Positions 28,948 to 38,581 of a DNA stretch of 64,000 nucleotides are shown here, one piece after another. The stretch comes from a virus. Every line of letters starts with the position of its first letter. Positions within the stretch are counted from its first letter, which is position 1. The notes beneath the pieces are model-generated. The model had not been told where the DNA came from and made no database searches. It saw nothing but the letters and a program-made list of their open reading frames with translations. The stretch is taken from IMG/VR virus record IMGVR_UViG_3300035698_020241, positions 32,001 through 96,000 of that record; one strand, given 5' to 3'. The position numbers and the translations under genes are program-made.

Positions 28948-29316
28948 TTATGAAATTCTTGGTAAATCTTCAATAGAAGTTTTCTCTACCAATTTTATAT
29001 TTGAGGAATATAACTGCCTTTTTGTTCTACTACCGAAATGAACGGCGAATAATTCCCTCTCGTAATCCCATAGAACTTCAACAAAATTATCTTCATCCTT
29101 TATAAATGTTCTATAAAAAACTCCTCTTTCATTTTGAACTATCGGTATACGATGGTTTTTACGAAAAGAGTGTCTTTCAGCATATTCTGGGTTCAAGAAA
29201 TCCTCATTTTCCTTTTCAAGGACTTTTATTCTATCTCTCGTTTTACACCCTATACTACCTATAATTAATCCAAATACAACACTTAAACAAATTACTATCG
29301 CAATATCCCAAAACAT
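28948..29316 (-). CDS. Membrane-anchored hypothetical protein
   Basis: N-terminal hydrophobic helix. Confidence 0.6.
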   Translation of the reverse strand: MFWDIAIVICLSVVFGLIIGSIGCKTRDRIKVLEKENEDFLNPEYAERHSFRKNHRIPIVQNERGVFYRTFIKDEDNFVEVLWDYERELFAVHFGSRTKRQLYSSNIKLVEKTSIEDLPRIS

Positions 29317-29454
29317 ATTATTTCTTCTCCTTTTTCATTTCTTCTACTTTACATTTATGGAAAAAATTACCAAATAATTGGAAAATTCCAATCCATCCTA
29401 TTTGTTCACCACATGATTGACAACACCAACTATTATATTTTACATTCTTCATCA

Positions 29455-29994
29455 TTAAAATCTATAAACCGTTGATTTTTCAGGTATTAATACATTTTCA
29501 TCTGGACCTAAAGTATTGATAACACTTGCTGAGTATGCCCAATCTATTACACTCTGCTTTTTACCTTCATGGGTACAAAGTTTTTTCGGATCTGGTCTAT
29601 AACCAACACGGCCAAGGTCAAGTCTATCCATATCCCAGCATGTCGTAATAGTGACATCATGAGATCGTGTTCCACCCATATTATGATGTTTAATGGCATA
29701 CATTAAACAATCAATTTGCTTATGTGTATATTCTTTAAGTTCATATTTGAGTAAAGACGCAACATATCTTGCACCTCTTATACCATGGAAATCGTCAGGA
29801 CCTTCTGTTACTCTTTGTGAATCATGGAGTAAAGCGAACAAATCACAAACATCTTGATCTGCTCCTGTCAAAGGTGCAAGGTATCTACCTATCCTTAACA
29901 CTCTGGACCAGTGGGACATACCATGTGTACCTTCAATTCTCAGTCTATATTGACCCAGCACTTTTGACATTATACTATTTGTATCAACTGACAT
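29455..29994 (-). CDS. HD-domain phosphohydrolase
   Basis: HG.SHWSRV, ALLHDS, HG.RGA and CWDMDRLDL. Confidence 0.85.
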   Translation of the reverse strand: MSVDTNSIMSKVLGQYRLRIEGTHGMSHWSRVLRIGRYLAPLTGADQDVCDLFALLHDSQRVTEGPDDFHGIRGARYVASLLKYELKEYTHKQIDCLMYAIKHHNMGGTRSHDVTITTCWDMDRLDLGRVGYRPDPKKLCTHEGKKQSVIDWAYSASVINTLGPDENVLIPEKSTVYRF

Positions 29995-30044
29995 ATTATT
30001 CCTTTCTATCTATTATTATACATGGTTTTATTCAAAATGTAAAC

Positions 30045-30794
30045 CTACTCTGGGAGCCAATCCCACCATCCTTCCTCATGAGTCATTGAGAGTGCTGTCC
30101 AATCACAACCCTTGTATGAGTTTCTACGATAATGATGAAAATGTCCAAAATACCATTTTTTCGGTCTATACTTGTCAAAAGCGATATTTAAAGCTACACA
30201 ACTCGGGTCTGTATGTTTCCCTAGGTACATCTCCATTTTCATTCCATCGAAGAAATATCTCGGGCATGTATGGGATATAATGATATCCACATCAATATCC
30301 GGTAGCGCATCAACATCCGCTTGATCTATGACCTCAGTTTTCCACCAGTCGAGACCTTGAGTTCTATATTCAAAGTCAATACTATGTCCACCGCCGATGA
30401 AAAGTACAACCCTTCCATCAGGTAGAGTCACATAGGACCCTCTGGGACAATGCCACACATCACTGAAATTTGGCATAGGAAAAGGCTCACGTTTATCTAT
30501 AAGAACCTTTAGTGAATCATGGTCGTCATGATTTCCATCACACCAGTAAAATCTTATATCATTACCATTTATGTCTCTATTCTTTAGACCAAACTGATCC
30601 CAAGGCTTACGTTTAACACAGCCATTCATATTCATTTCTGTATTTTGATGGAGTTTAGGAAAATACCCAAAGTCACCGCACTGGAGTATCATGTGAGGTT
30701 TCCTGCTACTAATCAATTGATTAACAGGATACCAAACTCCATGTGTGTCACCGAGTACCATTATTCTATCTTTATTTGGTTTACTAATCTGCAT
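30045..30794 (-). CDS. Calcineurin-like metallophosphoesterase
   Basis: GDTHG, CGDFG, DGNHD, SHTCP and GHFH. Confidence 0.9.
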   Translation of the reverse strand: MQISKPNKDRIMVLGDTHGVWYPVNQLISSRKPHMILQCGDFGYFPKLHQNTEMNMNGCVKRKPWDQFGLKNRDINGNDIRFYWCDGNHDDHDSLKVLIDKREPFPMPNFSDVWHCPRGSYVTLPDGRVVLFIGGGHSIDFEYRTQGLDWWKTEVIDQADVDALPDIDVDIIISHTCPRYFFDGMKMEMYLGKHTDPSCVALNIAFDKYRPKKWYFGHFHHYRRNSYKGCDWTALSMTHEEGWWDWLPE

Positions 30795-30808
30795 TCTCTT
30801 TACTCCTT

Positions 30809-31444
30809 TTAAAACACTTTCAATAGGAAAAGATATAGTTTTTCTTCTTTTCCTTCTTCTATTCTTTCCATTTCATAGGCTATACCAACATCAATCAATT
30901 TATTAACCTTCTTTTTTATAATTAAGAATGTTTCATAAAACCGTATATCATAGCCTATTGTATAATCTATATTTTTATAAATCCATATAACCTTTGTTGT
31001 GGGACATGGTTTTGAATCTTTAATATATAACGAAAAACCAAAAGATAATCTATAATCATATTCATATTCATCAATTTTTCTATTGATATCACCTGGTAAA
31101 TATAAATTTGCATTCTCTGAATTTCGTTTTTTACTATATTCTATTCTACCATATGAGGTTAATACATCAAACTTTCGTAATGTATATTGACCTATTGGAG
31201 TCTTTTTAAATTTATTACCTATAAATTTTGTTGTATAATCTATTGCGGCATCCCTTCTTATATCCTCAAGTTCCTCTCTACCATATGAATTTTCAAGAAA
31301 CTCCTCATCATAAGACAAGGCATAATAAGGACTATTATAATTTGATTGTTCTTTTTCAAGGATATCAGCATTTGATGTGAACGTGAGCGCACAGAGAAAC
31401 AAAGTAAAGAGGACGATTTTTAGAATATGGACCGTCGCCCTCAT
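30809..31444 (-). CDS. Secreted/membrane hypothetical protein
   Basis: N-terminal signal-like hydrophobic segment. Confidence 0.6.
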   Translation of the reverse strand: MRATVHILKIVLFTLFLCALTFTSNADILEKEQSNYNSPYYALSYDEEFLENSYGREELEDIRRDAAIDYTTKFIGNKFKKTPIGQYTLRKFDVLTSYGRIEYSKKRNSENANLYLPGDINRKIDEYEYDYRLSFGFSLYIKDSKPCPTTKVIWIYKNIDYTIGYDIRFYETFLIIKKKVNKLIDVGIAYEMERIEEGKEEKLYLFLLKVF

Positions 31445-31447
31445 AAA

Positions 31448-32401
31448 TTACAATGCTTCTTGTAACATTTTTACTATCCACTTGGCATGGTTATACACAT
31501 ATTGGGTTTCTTTTTTGTCAAGACTTTCCATATATCCGCTATTGTCTTTAAGAAAATCTTTTTTAGCGTCTTTAAGCATATATTTTATATATTCTCCCAG
31601 TTGCTTATTTTCTTTCATCTCACCATATTTAGAGAATATTCCCTGTATCCGCATTGGTGTGAGATATGATCTAAATTCATCATGTAGGTCAAGGAGTTCC
31701 TGAGATATAGGGTCTTTTTGACTCTTAACTCTTTTCTTTCTTTTCATTTTTTCTATGAATTTTTCATTCTTTTTCTTCAAATATACTGTATGTCCGCCAG
31801 AATTTATGTAATATTCATAGTAAGGTTTAATAACCACACCTTCCATTATATTATCACCTTCTGCAATAGGATATATACAACTTTTAAGAACCACATCATA
31901 CTCTATAGCTTTTCTTAATCCCGTTACCATATCAACCGTAGGACATAACAGGTATAACAGTCCTCTATCTCCAAAGAAACATTCCATTCCTTTATCAGAA
32001 AGCATATGTTTATCCAGTCTCATGTTAAAAAATAATAAATGTTTTTTATCCCCATAATCAACACCCTTGTTTATACCAGGACCTATAAACTCTCCATAAA
32101 GGTTTACAAGAGAATCACTTTTATCAGAATATTTCTGCATATGCAGCATGAGTTCCTGCATATGAATATCATTATACAGGAAGTCACGAATTCCAAAGAA
32201 ACTTTCACCTATAGGTATAACACGATTCCTAGAACCTACTTCCATAGGTTTATTTGGTTCGAATATCAACTGTATATTTGTTCCATGAAGTTTTTCCTTC
32301 AGTATGAACAAAGTATCCTTTAATTCAGGAAACTCTGAAAGGAACTGATCCACAGTTTTACTTTGATAATGGTTGTCTATTTCTGGAAATTTTATAAACA
32401 T
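31448..32401 (-). CDS. RNA ligase 2 (T4 Rnl2-like)
   Basis: KEKLHGTN (KxHGxN), GEFIG, MEGVVIKP and KKKNEKF. Confidence 0.88.
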   Translation of the reverse strand: MFIKFPEIDNHYQSKTVDQFLSEFPELKDTLFILKEKLHGTNIQLIFEPNKPMEVGSRNRVIPIGESFFGIRDFLYNDIHMQELMLHMQKYSDKSDSLVNLYGEFIGPGINKGVDYGDKKHLLFFNMRLDKHMLSDKGMECFFGDRGLLYLLCPTVDMVTGLRKAIEYDVVLKSCIYPIAEGDNIMEGVVIKPYYEYYINSGGHTVYLKKKNEKFIEKMKRKKRVKSQKDPISQELLDLHDEFRSYLTPMRIQGIFSKYGEMKENKQLGEYIKYMLKDAKKDFLKDNSGYMESLDKKETQYVYNHAKWIVKMLQEAL

Positions 32402-32423
32402 TTTCTTTACCCTTTCTATTGTT

Positions 32424-32497
32424 TGGCGGAGTATAGGGGAATCGAACCCCTACTAATAGATCGACAATCTACCGTGCTGCCACTACACCAATACTCC
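32424..32497 (-). tRNA. tRNA-Asp(GTC)
   Basis: Cloverleaf with CCA. Confidence 0.9.
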
Positions 32498-32586
32498 ATA
32501 TTTTCATTATACTTATATTATATCATTGTTTGATTGTGTTGTAAACTAATTCTTTGAAAGATTTTTTTGGTAAGTGTATTTCTATT

Positions 32587-32660
32587 TGGCAGGGGCACAG
32601 GGAATTGAACCCCGTCTTTGACCTTCAAAGGATCATGTGCAACCATCACACTCCACCCCT
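32587..32660 (-). tRNA. tRNA-Gln(TTG)
   Basis: CT-TTG-AA loop, T-arm, CCA. Confidence 0.8.
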
Positions 32661-32699
32661 ATATTTTTACATGTATATTCTCATTATTTCCTGTGACAA

Positions 32700-33065
32700 T
32701 CATGAGTCCATCATAAAATTCCATCCATCCTTTCCTTTTACCCTTTTCTTATATTCATCCCATGATATTATCTTTTCTGTTGACCATTCATTCTCTGCAT
32801 CTCTATGAAATTTATCACAATATACATCATAATGTTCAACGATTTCATCATATGTCGGAGGTCTTTTCGAATTTATAACACCTACAGAAGAAGGTTCACA
32901 GGAAAATGTACCGGAATTAATAAAATTACTTTTGTGGTTGTAACTTGCTCCTCTTTTTCTTCCGCGATCAAAAACACTCTTAGCCTTTTTAACATAGGCC
33001 TTAACATAAAACTTTAAAGCTTTATAACTCAATACACCTATTTCACATAAGTCTTTTATTAACAT
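32700..33065 (-). CDS. Hypothetical protein
   Basis: Probable start MLIKDL just after the tRNA. Confidence 0.55.
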   Translation of the reverse strand: MLIKDLCEIGVLSYKALKFYVKAYVKKAKSVFDRGRKRGASYNHKSNFINSGTFSCEPSSVGVINSKRPPTYDEIVEHYDVYCDKFHRDAENEWSTEKIISWDEYKKRVKGKDGWNFMMDS

Positions 33066-33081
33066 ATTATTCCTTTCTATT

Positions 33082-33161
33082 TGGTACCCCCGGAGGGAGT
33101 CGAACCCATCAAAATACACGGCGTCTAAGGCCGCAGCATATACCAGTTCTGCTACAGGGGC
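33082..33161 (-). tRNA. tRNA-Leu(TAG)
   Basis: Cloverleaf with CCA. Confidence 0.88.
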
Positions 33162-33181
33162 TTGATTTTACTATTTATGTT

Positions 33182-33264
33182 TGGTACCCCTGGGGGGACT
33201 CGAACCCCCACGTCCGAAAACACAGGGTTTAAACCTGACGACTATACCATTCGCCTACAGGGGT
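33182..33264 (-). tRNA. tRNA-Leu(TAA)
   Basis: Cloverleaf, long variable arm, CCA. Confidence 0.88.
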
Positions 33265-33341
33265 TTAATTTTATAAAATGATGTTTGGAGAAACCGTTAC
33301 TATATGTTACGGTCTCTCCAAGCGCAATTTTGTTTTAAAAT

Positions 33342-33884
33342 GAGAAAGGCTGCTTCCACACTCTTTTTCAGTCCACCCTATCTTCTTTTTTAAAGGACGG
33401 ACCTTTTAGTTCCACAGCCCACTCGGTTTCTTCGTGCGCAAATGCTTCGTCCGGAACAAAACAAATTCACACTCTTTTTCTTTTAACCCAATCTAATTTA
33501 CTACTAATCTATTAATTATACTTCATCTATTATTGGCAAATTGTTATTTAGTTATAGGCTTTGCCTACGCCTTACTACCTTTCTTATGTAATGACAATCT
33601 ATTTGTACTTGTCATTGCTATTAGTATACCTATATACACTAACCTTTTTCATCTTCGCGCCGGTAACAGCACTTTAACCGTCCAGAATGTTGGACCCAAA
33701 GTCTCTTGTCATTTCTGACCGTCGGTTCCTCAATAACCGGAATCTCCATTCCATTAACCTACACGGAGTTATTATCTATGGTTCCCTTTTATTAAAGTCT
33801 CTGATAACTGTGATTACCAGATGCTTTTAATGTGTGAGGGGAGTTGGCCGTTACAGAAATACTTTCAGTAGCGTGCTCCTCCTC
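33342..33884 (-). ncRNA. Candidate large (~545 nt) structured ncRNA (ROOL/GOLLD-like context, family unassigned)
   Basis: No credible ORF; ends pair (GAGGAGG-GC with GCCTTTCTC); at least 9 internal hairpins with G-U pairs; followed by a strong hairpin at ~33286-33321. Confidence 0.6.
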
Positions 33885-33892
33885 CGTTTATT

Positions 33893-34528
33893 TTATTTGT
33901 TTAAAAACTTTAATCTTCTTCCTTTAAGCCATCCTTTAATTTCATACTTAGGAAATTCTTCCTTTTTAATTTTCTTACATAATTTTCTTTTGAAATTATA
34001 AATCCACATAGTACCATACTGACTGTTTCCCTCTCCAGATTGGTGTTTACTATTTTTTTCACCGATTATTCTTTTCGTTTCATCTGTATGTTTTTTTCCT
34101 CTAAATGTATTACCACATATCTCTCTAAATCTTTTATCATATTCAGGATCATTTTCTCTTTTATTCTTTATTATCTTATTAGTTTTAATAACACCTTTCT
34201 TACCACCTTTTGAACGATGCTCAAAGGTCAATACATTATAATTGGTATGATCCCATCCACCATAACCACCTTCTTTGATATTATAAGTGTCTTTTCTTCT
34301 AATAAACTCTTTATTAACTATTTGACTTTCCATTTTAAACATATCTTCTGAATTATCAAATATTTCAATATATTCTTTCTCAAAGTTTTCTATTCCATAC
34401 TTTTTTATAGCATTTCGTAAGATATCACTAGAACCCATATAATTATCATCTAATTTAGATGTCTTATGAACTCCTATATAAATCTTACTATTGGTCAAAT
34501 TTTTAATTTTATAAACCGTATATAACAT
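33893..34528 (-). CDS. GIY-YIG homing endonuclease
   Basis: YTVYKIKN...IYIGVH, YMGSS, TYNI.EGG and NUMOD3 FRGKKHT. Confidence 0.9.
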   Translation of the reverse strand: MLYTVYKIKNLTNSKIYIGVHKTSKLDDNYMGSSDILRNAIKKYGIENFEKEYIEIFDNSEDMFKMESQIVNKEFIRRKDTYNIKEGGYGGWDHTNYNVLTFEHRSKGGKKGVIKTNKIIKNKRENDPEYDKRFREICGNTFRGKKHTDETKRIIGEKNSKHQSGEGNSQYGTMWIYNFKRKLCKKIKKEEFPKYEIKGWLKGRRLKFLNK

Positions 34529-34550
34529 TCCTCTATCCTTCTATTTAAAA

Positions 34551-34950
34551 GTGGAGGACGGCGGGAATCGAACCCGCGTCTTGAATAAAATCATACATAA
34601 TTCATACGCCTATTTCCGTCAACGTACTTTGAAGAAAAGGACGGATACCGTTCTACAAAGTTGTGATATTGTTTGTTTAAGTCAGTCGGTCAATATCCAA
34701 GCCAAACTTTCCGATCCTACTAATTTATGCCTCACTAAGATGTAGGATGCCCTTTAGTGAAACATGCAACTATATAGCTGCAAATGCGGGAGTTGGAACA
34801 AGTGACTTGAAGAAGTCGCTTATCTTAGTTACCGCGTTTTTTATAAATGTTTTAGCATTTATCGTTTTGTAGTCATTTTAAGGTAGCCTACTACATTCTA
34901 CCAGACGCAATTACATACTCATACTACCCAATCGAAACCTTTTCGCCCCC
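34551..34950 (-). ncRNA. ssrA: tmRNA; tag AKTFIKNAVTKISDFFKSLVPTPAFAAI (34856-34770)
   Basis: 5' GGGGGCGAAAAGGTTTCGA; 3' GACGCGGGTTCGATTCCCGCC..TCCA; ATAAAT-GCT resume context. Confidence 0.92.
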
Positions 34951-35099
34951 ATTGATTGTTTTAGGATCAACAGCCCATGAACAGCCCTGACAAACTTCCC
35001 TTGGGATTTCAACATCTACAATGATGTCTCTTGCCAGAACAAAACCCATACACTCCTTGATCTCTGTTTTACATATTATACATTTTCTTTTCATAATTA

Positions 35100-35182
35100 T
35101 GGCGGAGGATAGATGAATTGAACACCCATGTTTCACCATGCCACCGGGTTCAAACCGGATTTGTCCCTTGACGGTACCCTCC
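35100..35182 (-). tRNA. tRNA-Ser(TGA)
   Basis: TT-TGA-AC loop, long variable arm, GCCA end. Confidence 0.8.
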
Positions 35183-35194
35183 ATGTTCTTTATA

Positions 35195-35283
35195 TGGTGA
35201 GGGATGATGGAATTGAACCACTCGTCGCCCTCCGAGATTTTTTATGACCACGACTTTACAGGCCGTTACCCGGAACATCCCCC
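35195..35283 (-). tRNA. tRNA-Tyr(GTA)-like with near-absent D-arm and enlarged variable arm
   Basis: GGGGGAT/ATCCCTC acceptor, CT-GTA-AA loop, TTCAATT T-loop, ACCA end. Confidence 0.6.
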
Positions 35284-35343
35284 ATATATTTCTTTTATCT
35301 ATATAATTCTAACACATTTTATCACTTGTGTCAAGATTATAAT

Positions 35344-35577
35344 TTATTTCTCTCTCTCTCTCATTGCTTCTTTTATATTTGTACCTTCAAGACCGGACAC
35401 GATTATTCGTGATCCATCAGGTCCATATAGAACTATATCATTTTTTTCTACTTCTCCATTTTGTACTACATCTATATTTATACCAAACTGCTCCGCTTCT
35501 CCACGGAGTTCTCGAACAGCGTTTCTAAGTTTACGTTTTCTGTTCCATTGTATGATTCTTTTTATCCATTTCGGCAT
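35344..35577 (-). CDS. Hypothetical protein
   Basis: Probable start MPKWIK after AGGAG. Confidence 0.55.
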   Translation of the reverse strand: MPKWIKRIIQWNRKRKLRNAVRELRGEAEQFGINIDVVQNGEVEKNDIVLYGPDGSRIIVSGLEGTNIKEAMREREK

Positions 35578-35713
35578 CTTTCTTCTCCTTATATAGCGTT
35601 TCGATACCGAAGGATAATACATATAAATCTGATACAATTATACTGAAATTATGAAGTTCTTTTGCTGTATCTGATCTCTTATCAAACTTCTTCATTAAAT
35701 CATTAACATTCAT
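35531..35713 (-). CDS. Hypothetical protein
   Basis: Start MNVNDL after AGGAG. Confidence 0.45.
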   Translation of the reverse strand: MNVNDLMKKFDKRSDTAKELHNFSIIVSDLYVLSFGIETLYKEKKDAEMDKKNHTMEQKT

Positions 35714-35876
35714 TTTTATCTCCTTCAACATCGAAAGTTCCTATTTCTATAGGATAATATCTTGAACAATTTTTGTTTTTTTCATCTTTAACACAAGTAC
35801 GACAATTTCCACTTCCATCATTTAAATCAACATCATGTTTAGGTCTTATAAACTGATATAAACAAATAGTTTCCAT
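35703..35876 (-). CDS. 57-aa Cys-containing protein, paralogue of 46188..46352 (not in ORF track)
   Basis: METICLYQFIRP...NDGSGNC.TCVKDE.NK.CS..YPI.I.T.DVE is shared by both copies. Confidence 0.7.
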   Translation of the reverse strand: METICLYQFIRPKHDVDLNDGSGNCRTCVKDEKNKNCSRYYPIEIGTFDVEGDKNEC

Positions 35877-35900
35877 TAACTTCTCCCTGAATATATAATA

Positions 35901-35988
35901 TGGCGGCGAGACCCGGATTTGAACCGAGACAGGTTTGACCCTGGATAGATTAGCAATCTACTGCGATACCTGATTACGCCATCCCGCC
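35901..35988 (-). tRNA. tRNA-Ser(GCT)
   Basis: TT-GCT-AA loop, long variable arm, GCCA end. Confidence 0.88.
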
Positions 35989-36497
35989 ATTTGTTTTGTT
36001 ATTTCATTTTTTTCATCATGTACATTAAAAATACTTAATTGCCCCTTCCATTGTATGGGGTTTTCAAACTCAATACCGTTATATAGTTTCCACCAAAAAT
36101 TTACATTTGTTTTGGCCCACACGCTATCATAAACACCTAAAGTGGAATTACACGATCTAAATACCTCAGATATTTCCACAGCGCCGACTATATAACCTAA
36201 ATGATAGTCCTCTGGTCGCATCAAATGATCATGAAAACCTTCATCTTGTAAACTTTTCCAATCATCTTTATTGAACTTCAATGGTGCCTGTATCAGTAAA
36301 GGTCCTCTATGATTTGTAAACCAATTTCTATTTTCTATAGATTTTACACCTTTTACTATTAAATCAGCCCAAGGTTGACGAACAGATAAACACTTGTATG
36401 TGTAACCGAATTTACCAAGATTTAAATCCTCTTTCAAATTAATATCCGGATTTACCGAACATATTAGTTCATCAAACATTCTTGTTATAGAACTCAT
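35958..36497 (-). CDS. ASCH-domain protein
   Basis: CLSVRQPWADLIVKGVKSIENRNW...RGPLLI...GYIVG, KGQLSIF. Confidence 0.85.
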   Translation of the reverse strand: MSSITRMFDELICSVNPDINLKEDLNLGKFGYTYKCLSVRQPWADLIVKGVKSIENRNWFTNHRGPLLIQAPLKFNKDDWKSLQDEGFHDHLMRPEDYHLGYIVGAVEISEVFRSCNSTLGVYDSVWAKTNVNFWWKLYNGIEFENPIQWKGQLSIFNVHDEKNEITKQMAGWRNQVSQ

Positions 36498-36721
36498 TTT
36501 TCGATTATCCTTTTTATAATATAAAGTATAAGACCTATGGTAAAATTTACTAATTTATACAATATAAATACTATAAGAATGTGCCAAACCTTCAATTCTA
36601 CAACTGATTTGAGTAGAAACGGTAGTATTCCATGATACACCATGGAAAATACCAAACATCCTACAAATACAACAACAAATGTTAATAACATCATTCCAAA
36701 TAATTGTGTTTTACTTAACAT
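36494..36721 (-). CDS. Small membrane protein
   Basis: Two hydrophobic segments. Confidence 0.6.
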   Translation of the reverse strand: MLSKTQLFGMMLLTFVVVFVGCLVFSMVYHGILPFLLKSVVELKVWHILIVFILYKLVNFTIGLILYIIKRIIEK

Positions 36722-36863
36722 ATTTTATCCTTTCTTTTTTAATGTGTGCAGCTGTGTGGGTATCGAACCCACATGGCCCGTCAGCCAACCTATCCATCGG
36801 TTATTAAAAATAACCTTTCCCTAAATGTATGGAGGCTCTCACCTGAGTCGCTACATATAATTT

Positions 36864-36939
36864 TGGAGCGGATATCCGAATTCGAATCGGAACTGAAAGA
36901 TTGGAAATCTTTCGTGCTGCCATTAAACACTATACCCGC
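36864..36939 (-). tRNA. tRNA-Gly(TCC)
   Basis: Cloverleaf, TCCA end. Confidence 0.88.
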
Positions 36940-36943
36940 TTAA

Positions 36944-37489
36944 TTATTTCTTTCTTTTATATTTTGGTACAAATATACCATAATTTTTGGCCCATTTCTT
37001 TACTGTACTATCGGATACTCCAAATAACAAACCTATAGAAGTATATGTATTATGTTCAATCAATTCTTTTAACTCCTCTTTTAAAGGCCACTTTACCCTT
37101 CTCAAATTCATATGAGAACATTTAACAGAACATGTCACATAATTTACTAATTTTATATTACCACATATAGGACAATCGTTACAGAATGTTCTTTTTAATA
37201 TGGAAAGATCATAGACAGGTGATTCGTTTATTTCAATAAGTCCACTTTCAACCTGTCTATGACAATTAGAACATAAAAGAACACATTTTTTCATTTCATC
37301 AATAAGATTAATGAAACTATTTAATGTCATTCTATTCAAAGTGGACATAATTCTACTTATTTCTACAACCTTTTTTTGTACATGATGAAAATCATATACA
37401 CATAATGGATATGATTCACCACAATAAAAACACTTATTTCCTAACATATCAACTGCTACTTTTTTTATATTTTTCCTTGATAGATCCAT
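36944..37489 (-). CDS. HNH endonuclease with C-terminal Zn/HTH region
   Basis: CxxCG...DFHH...CVLLCSNCH; paralogue of 60282..60818. Confidence 0.85.
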   Translation of the reverse strand: MDLSRKNIKKVAVDMLGNKCFYCGESYPLCVYDFHHVQKKVVEISRIMSTLNRMTLNSFINLIDEMKKCVLLCSNCHRQVESGLIEINESPVYDLSILKRTFCNDCPICGNIKLVNYVTCSVKCSHMNLRRVKWPLKEELKELIEHNTYTSIGLLFGVSDSTVKKWAKNYGIFVPKYKRKK

Positions 37490-37582
37490 GATATACTCCT
37501 TATTTCTAACTTCTATCTTTATTTATATCACTGGTTCTATTTTTCTTATTTTATTTTTCATTGACGTATACCCGCTAATATT

Positions 37583-37894
37583 TTATTGCTCTATTCCTCT
37601 TGTTATGTCTATTAATTTATCACCCATGATTAAACACTCCTCACCACCGATAAATTTATCAATTTTTTTATCTTCACTTAATAGTATAACACTTCCACAT
37701 GAAAAGTAAATCTCTTGTGGATCATATCCAACAACCCTTTTCAATGCTGGATAATCACAATTTGGACAAGGTGTCATTTCCCGATCTATATCATCATTAG
37801 TTTCATACACTTGGATTACTTCCTCAGAAGGTTGTAACCTCAATAATATCCATTTAAAAACGGTCATTGTTGTTTTATATAGAAATTTTTTCAT
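37583..37894 (-). CDS. Hypothetical protein
   Basis: ORF in operon. Confidence 0.55.
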   Translation of the reverse strand: MKKFLYKTTMTVFKWILLRLQPSEEVIQVYETNDDIDREMTPCPNCDYPALKRVVGYDPQEIYFSCGSVILLSEDKKIDKFIGGEECLIMGDKLIDITRGIEQ

Positions 37895-38292
37895 ACAATT
37901 ACCAAGTTACATATATTATCTGGATGAAATTTCTTCCATTTTTTAATTGTGTCCTCGGTACCGCCCTTCCTTGAAGGATCAACAACAGCTATTAAGATAT
38001 CTGAATCTTTTGCTACTGTTGTATTTCTCTCATAGAACGCCTTTGCATATACATATTTAGGTGAATCTTTAGGAACAGGTTTCGGTCTATGTATAATGAG
38101 TTGTCCATTATCTTCGGTCAATCTTGTCCAATCCGCTATCTTCTCTGCGAATCTATCACCACCTTTTGGGCAACCTCCTGAACAAATCTTATCACCTGGT
38201 TCATAATATTTTCTGAACAATTCCATTACAAGTTTAAGATCATCTTTACCGTCTCTTTTCCTTGAGCCGACTATACCTATTGTTTTTGACAT
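37891..38292 (-). CDS. SLOG-superfamily (DprA/Smf/YspA-like) protein
   Basis: IGIVGSR, CSGG..GGD..A, ERN......DILIA and GGT.DTI. Confidence 0.78.
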   Translation of the reverse strand: MSKTIGIVGSRKRDGKDDLKLVMELFRKYYEPGDKICSGGCPKGGDRFAEKIADWTRLTEDNGQLIIHRPKPVPKDSPKYVYAKAFYERNTTVAKDSDILIAVVDPSRKGGTEDTIKKWKKFHPDNICNLVIV

Positions 38293-38558
38293 TAATATTC
38301 CTTTTCAGACAGCCATGCACAATCTATCCATACAGCCACAGCTTCTAATTGTTTTGTAGAGAACACAATCTCCTCATTCTTAATAACAACATGATTTCTA
38401 TCATCATCAATTGTTTCTACATACCAACATGAGTAACCTTTAGATTCTAAATTTTCAGATTTTTCTTTATTAAAATGGGTTTCCTGTCTCCACCATTTAG
38501 TACCAATATCATTGATAAAATCTGGGTCTCTTCCTTTTTTATAAAAATCAAAATCCAT
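38292..38558 (-). CDS. Hypothetical protein
   Basis: Coupled ORF. Confidence 0.6.
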   Translation of the reverse strand: MDFDFYKKGRDPDFINDIGTKWWRQETHFNKEKSENLESKGYSCWYVETIDDDRNHVVIKNEEIVFSTKQLEAVAVWIDCAWLSEKEY

Positions 38559-38581
38559 TGTATTATCCTTTCATTAAATTT

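Noticed and set aside
33342-33884. Group I intron or RNase P RNA
   Set aside because: TCAGAGACT resembles the group I R element, but no complementary S element (AGTC) was found downstream and no interrupted exon is evident. The RNase P GAGGAAAGTCC signature is absent.
36745-36862. Additional tRNA genes before tRNA-Gly(TCC)
   Set aside because: Only a lone T-arm (GTGGG-TTCGATA-CCCAC) and a 3'-end-like fragment remain; no complete cloverleaf.
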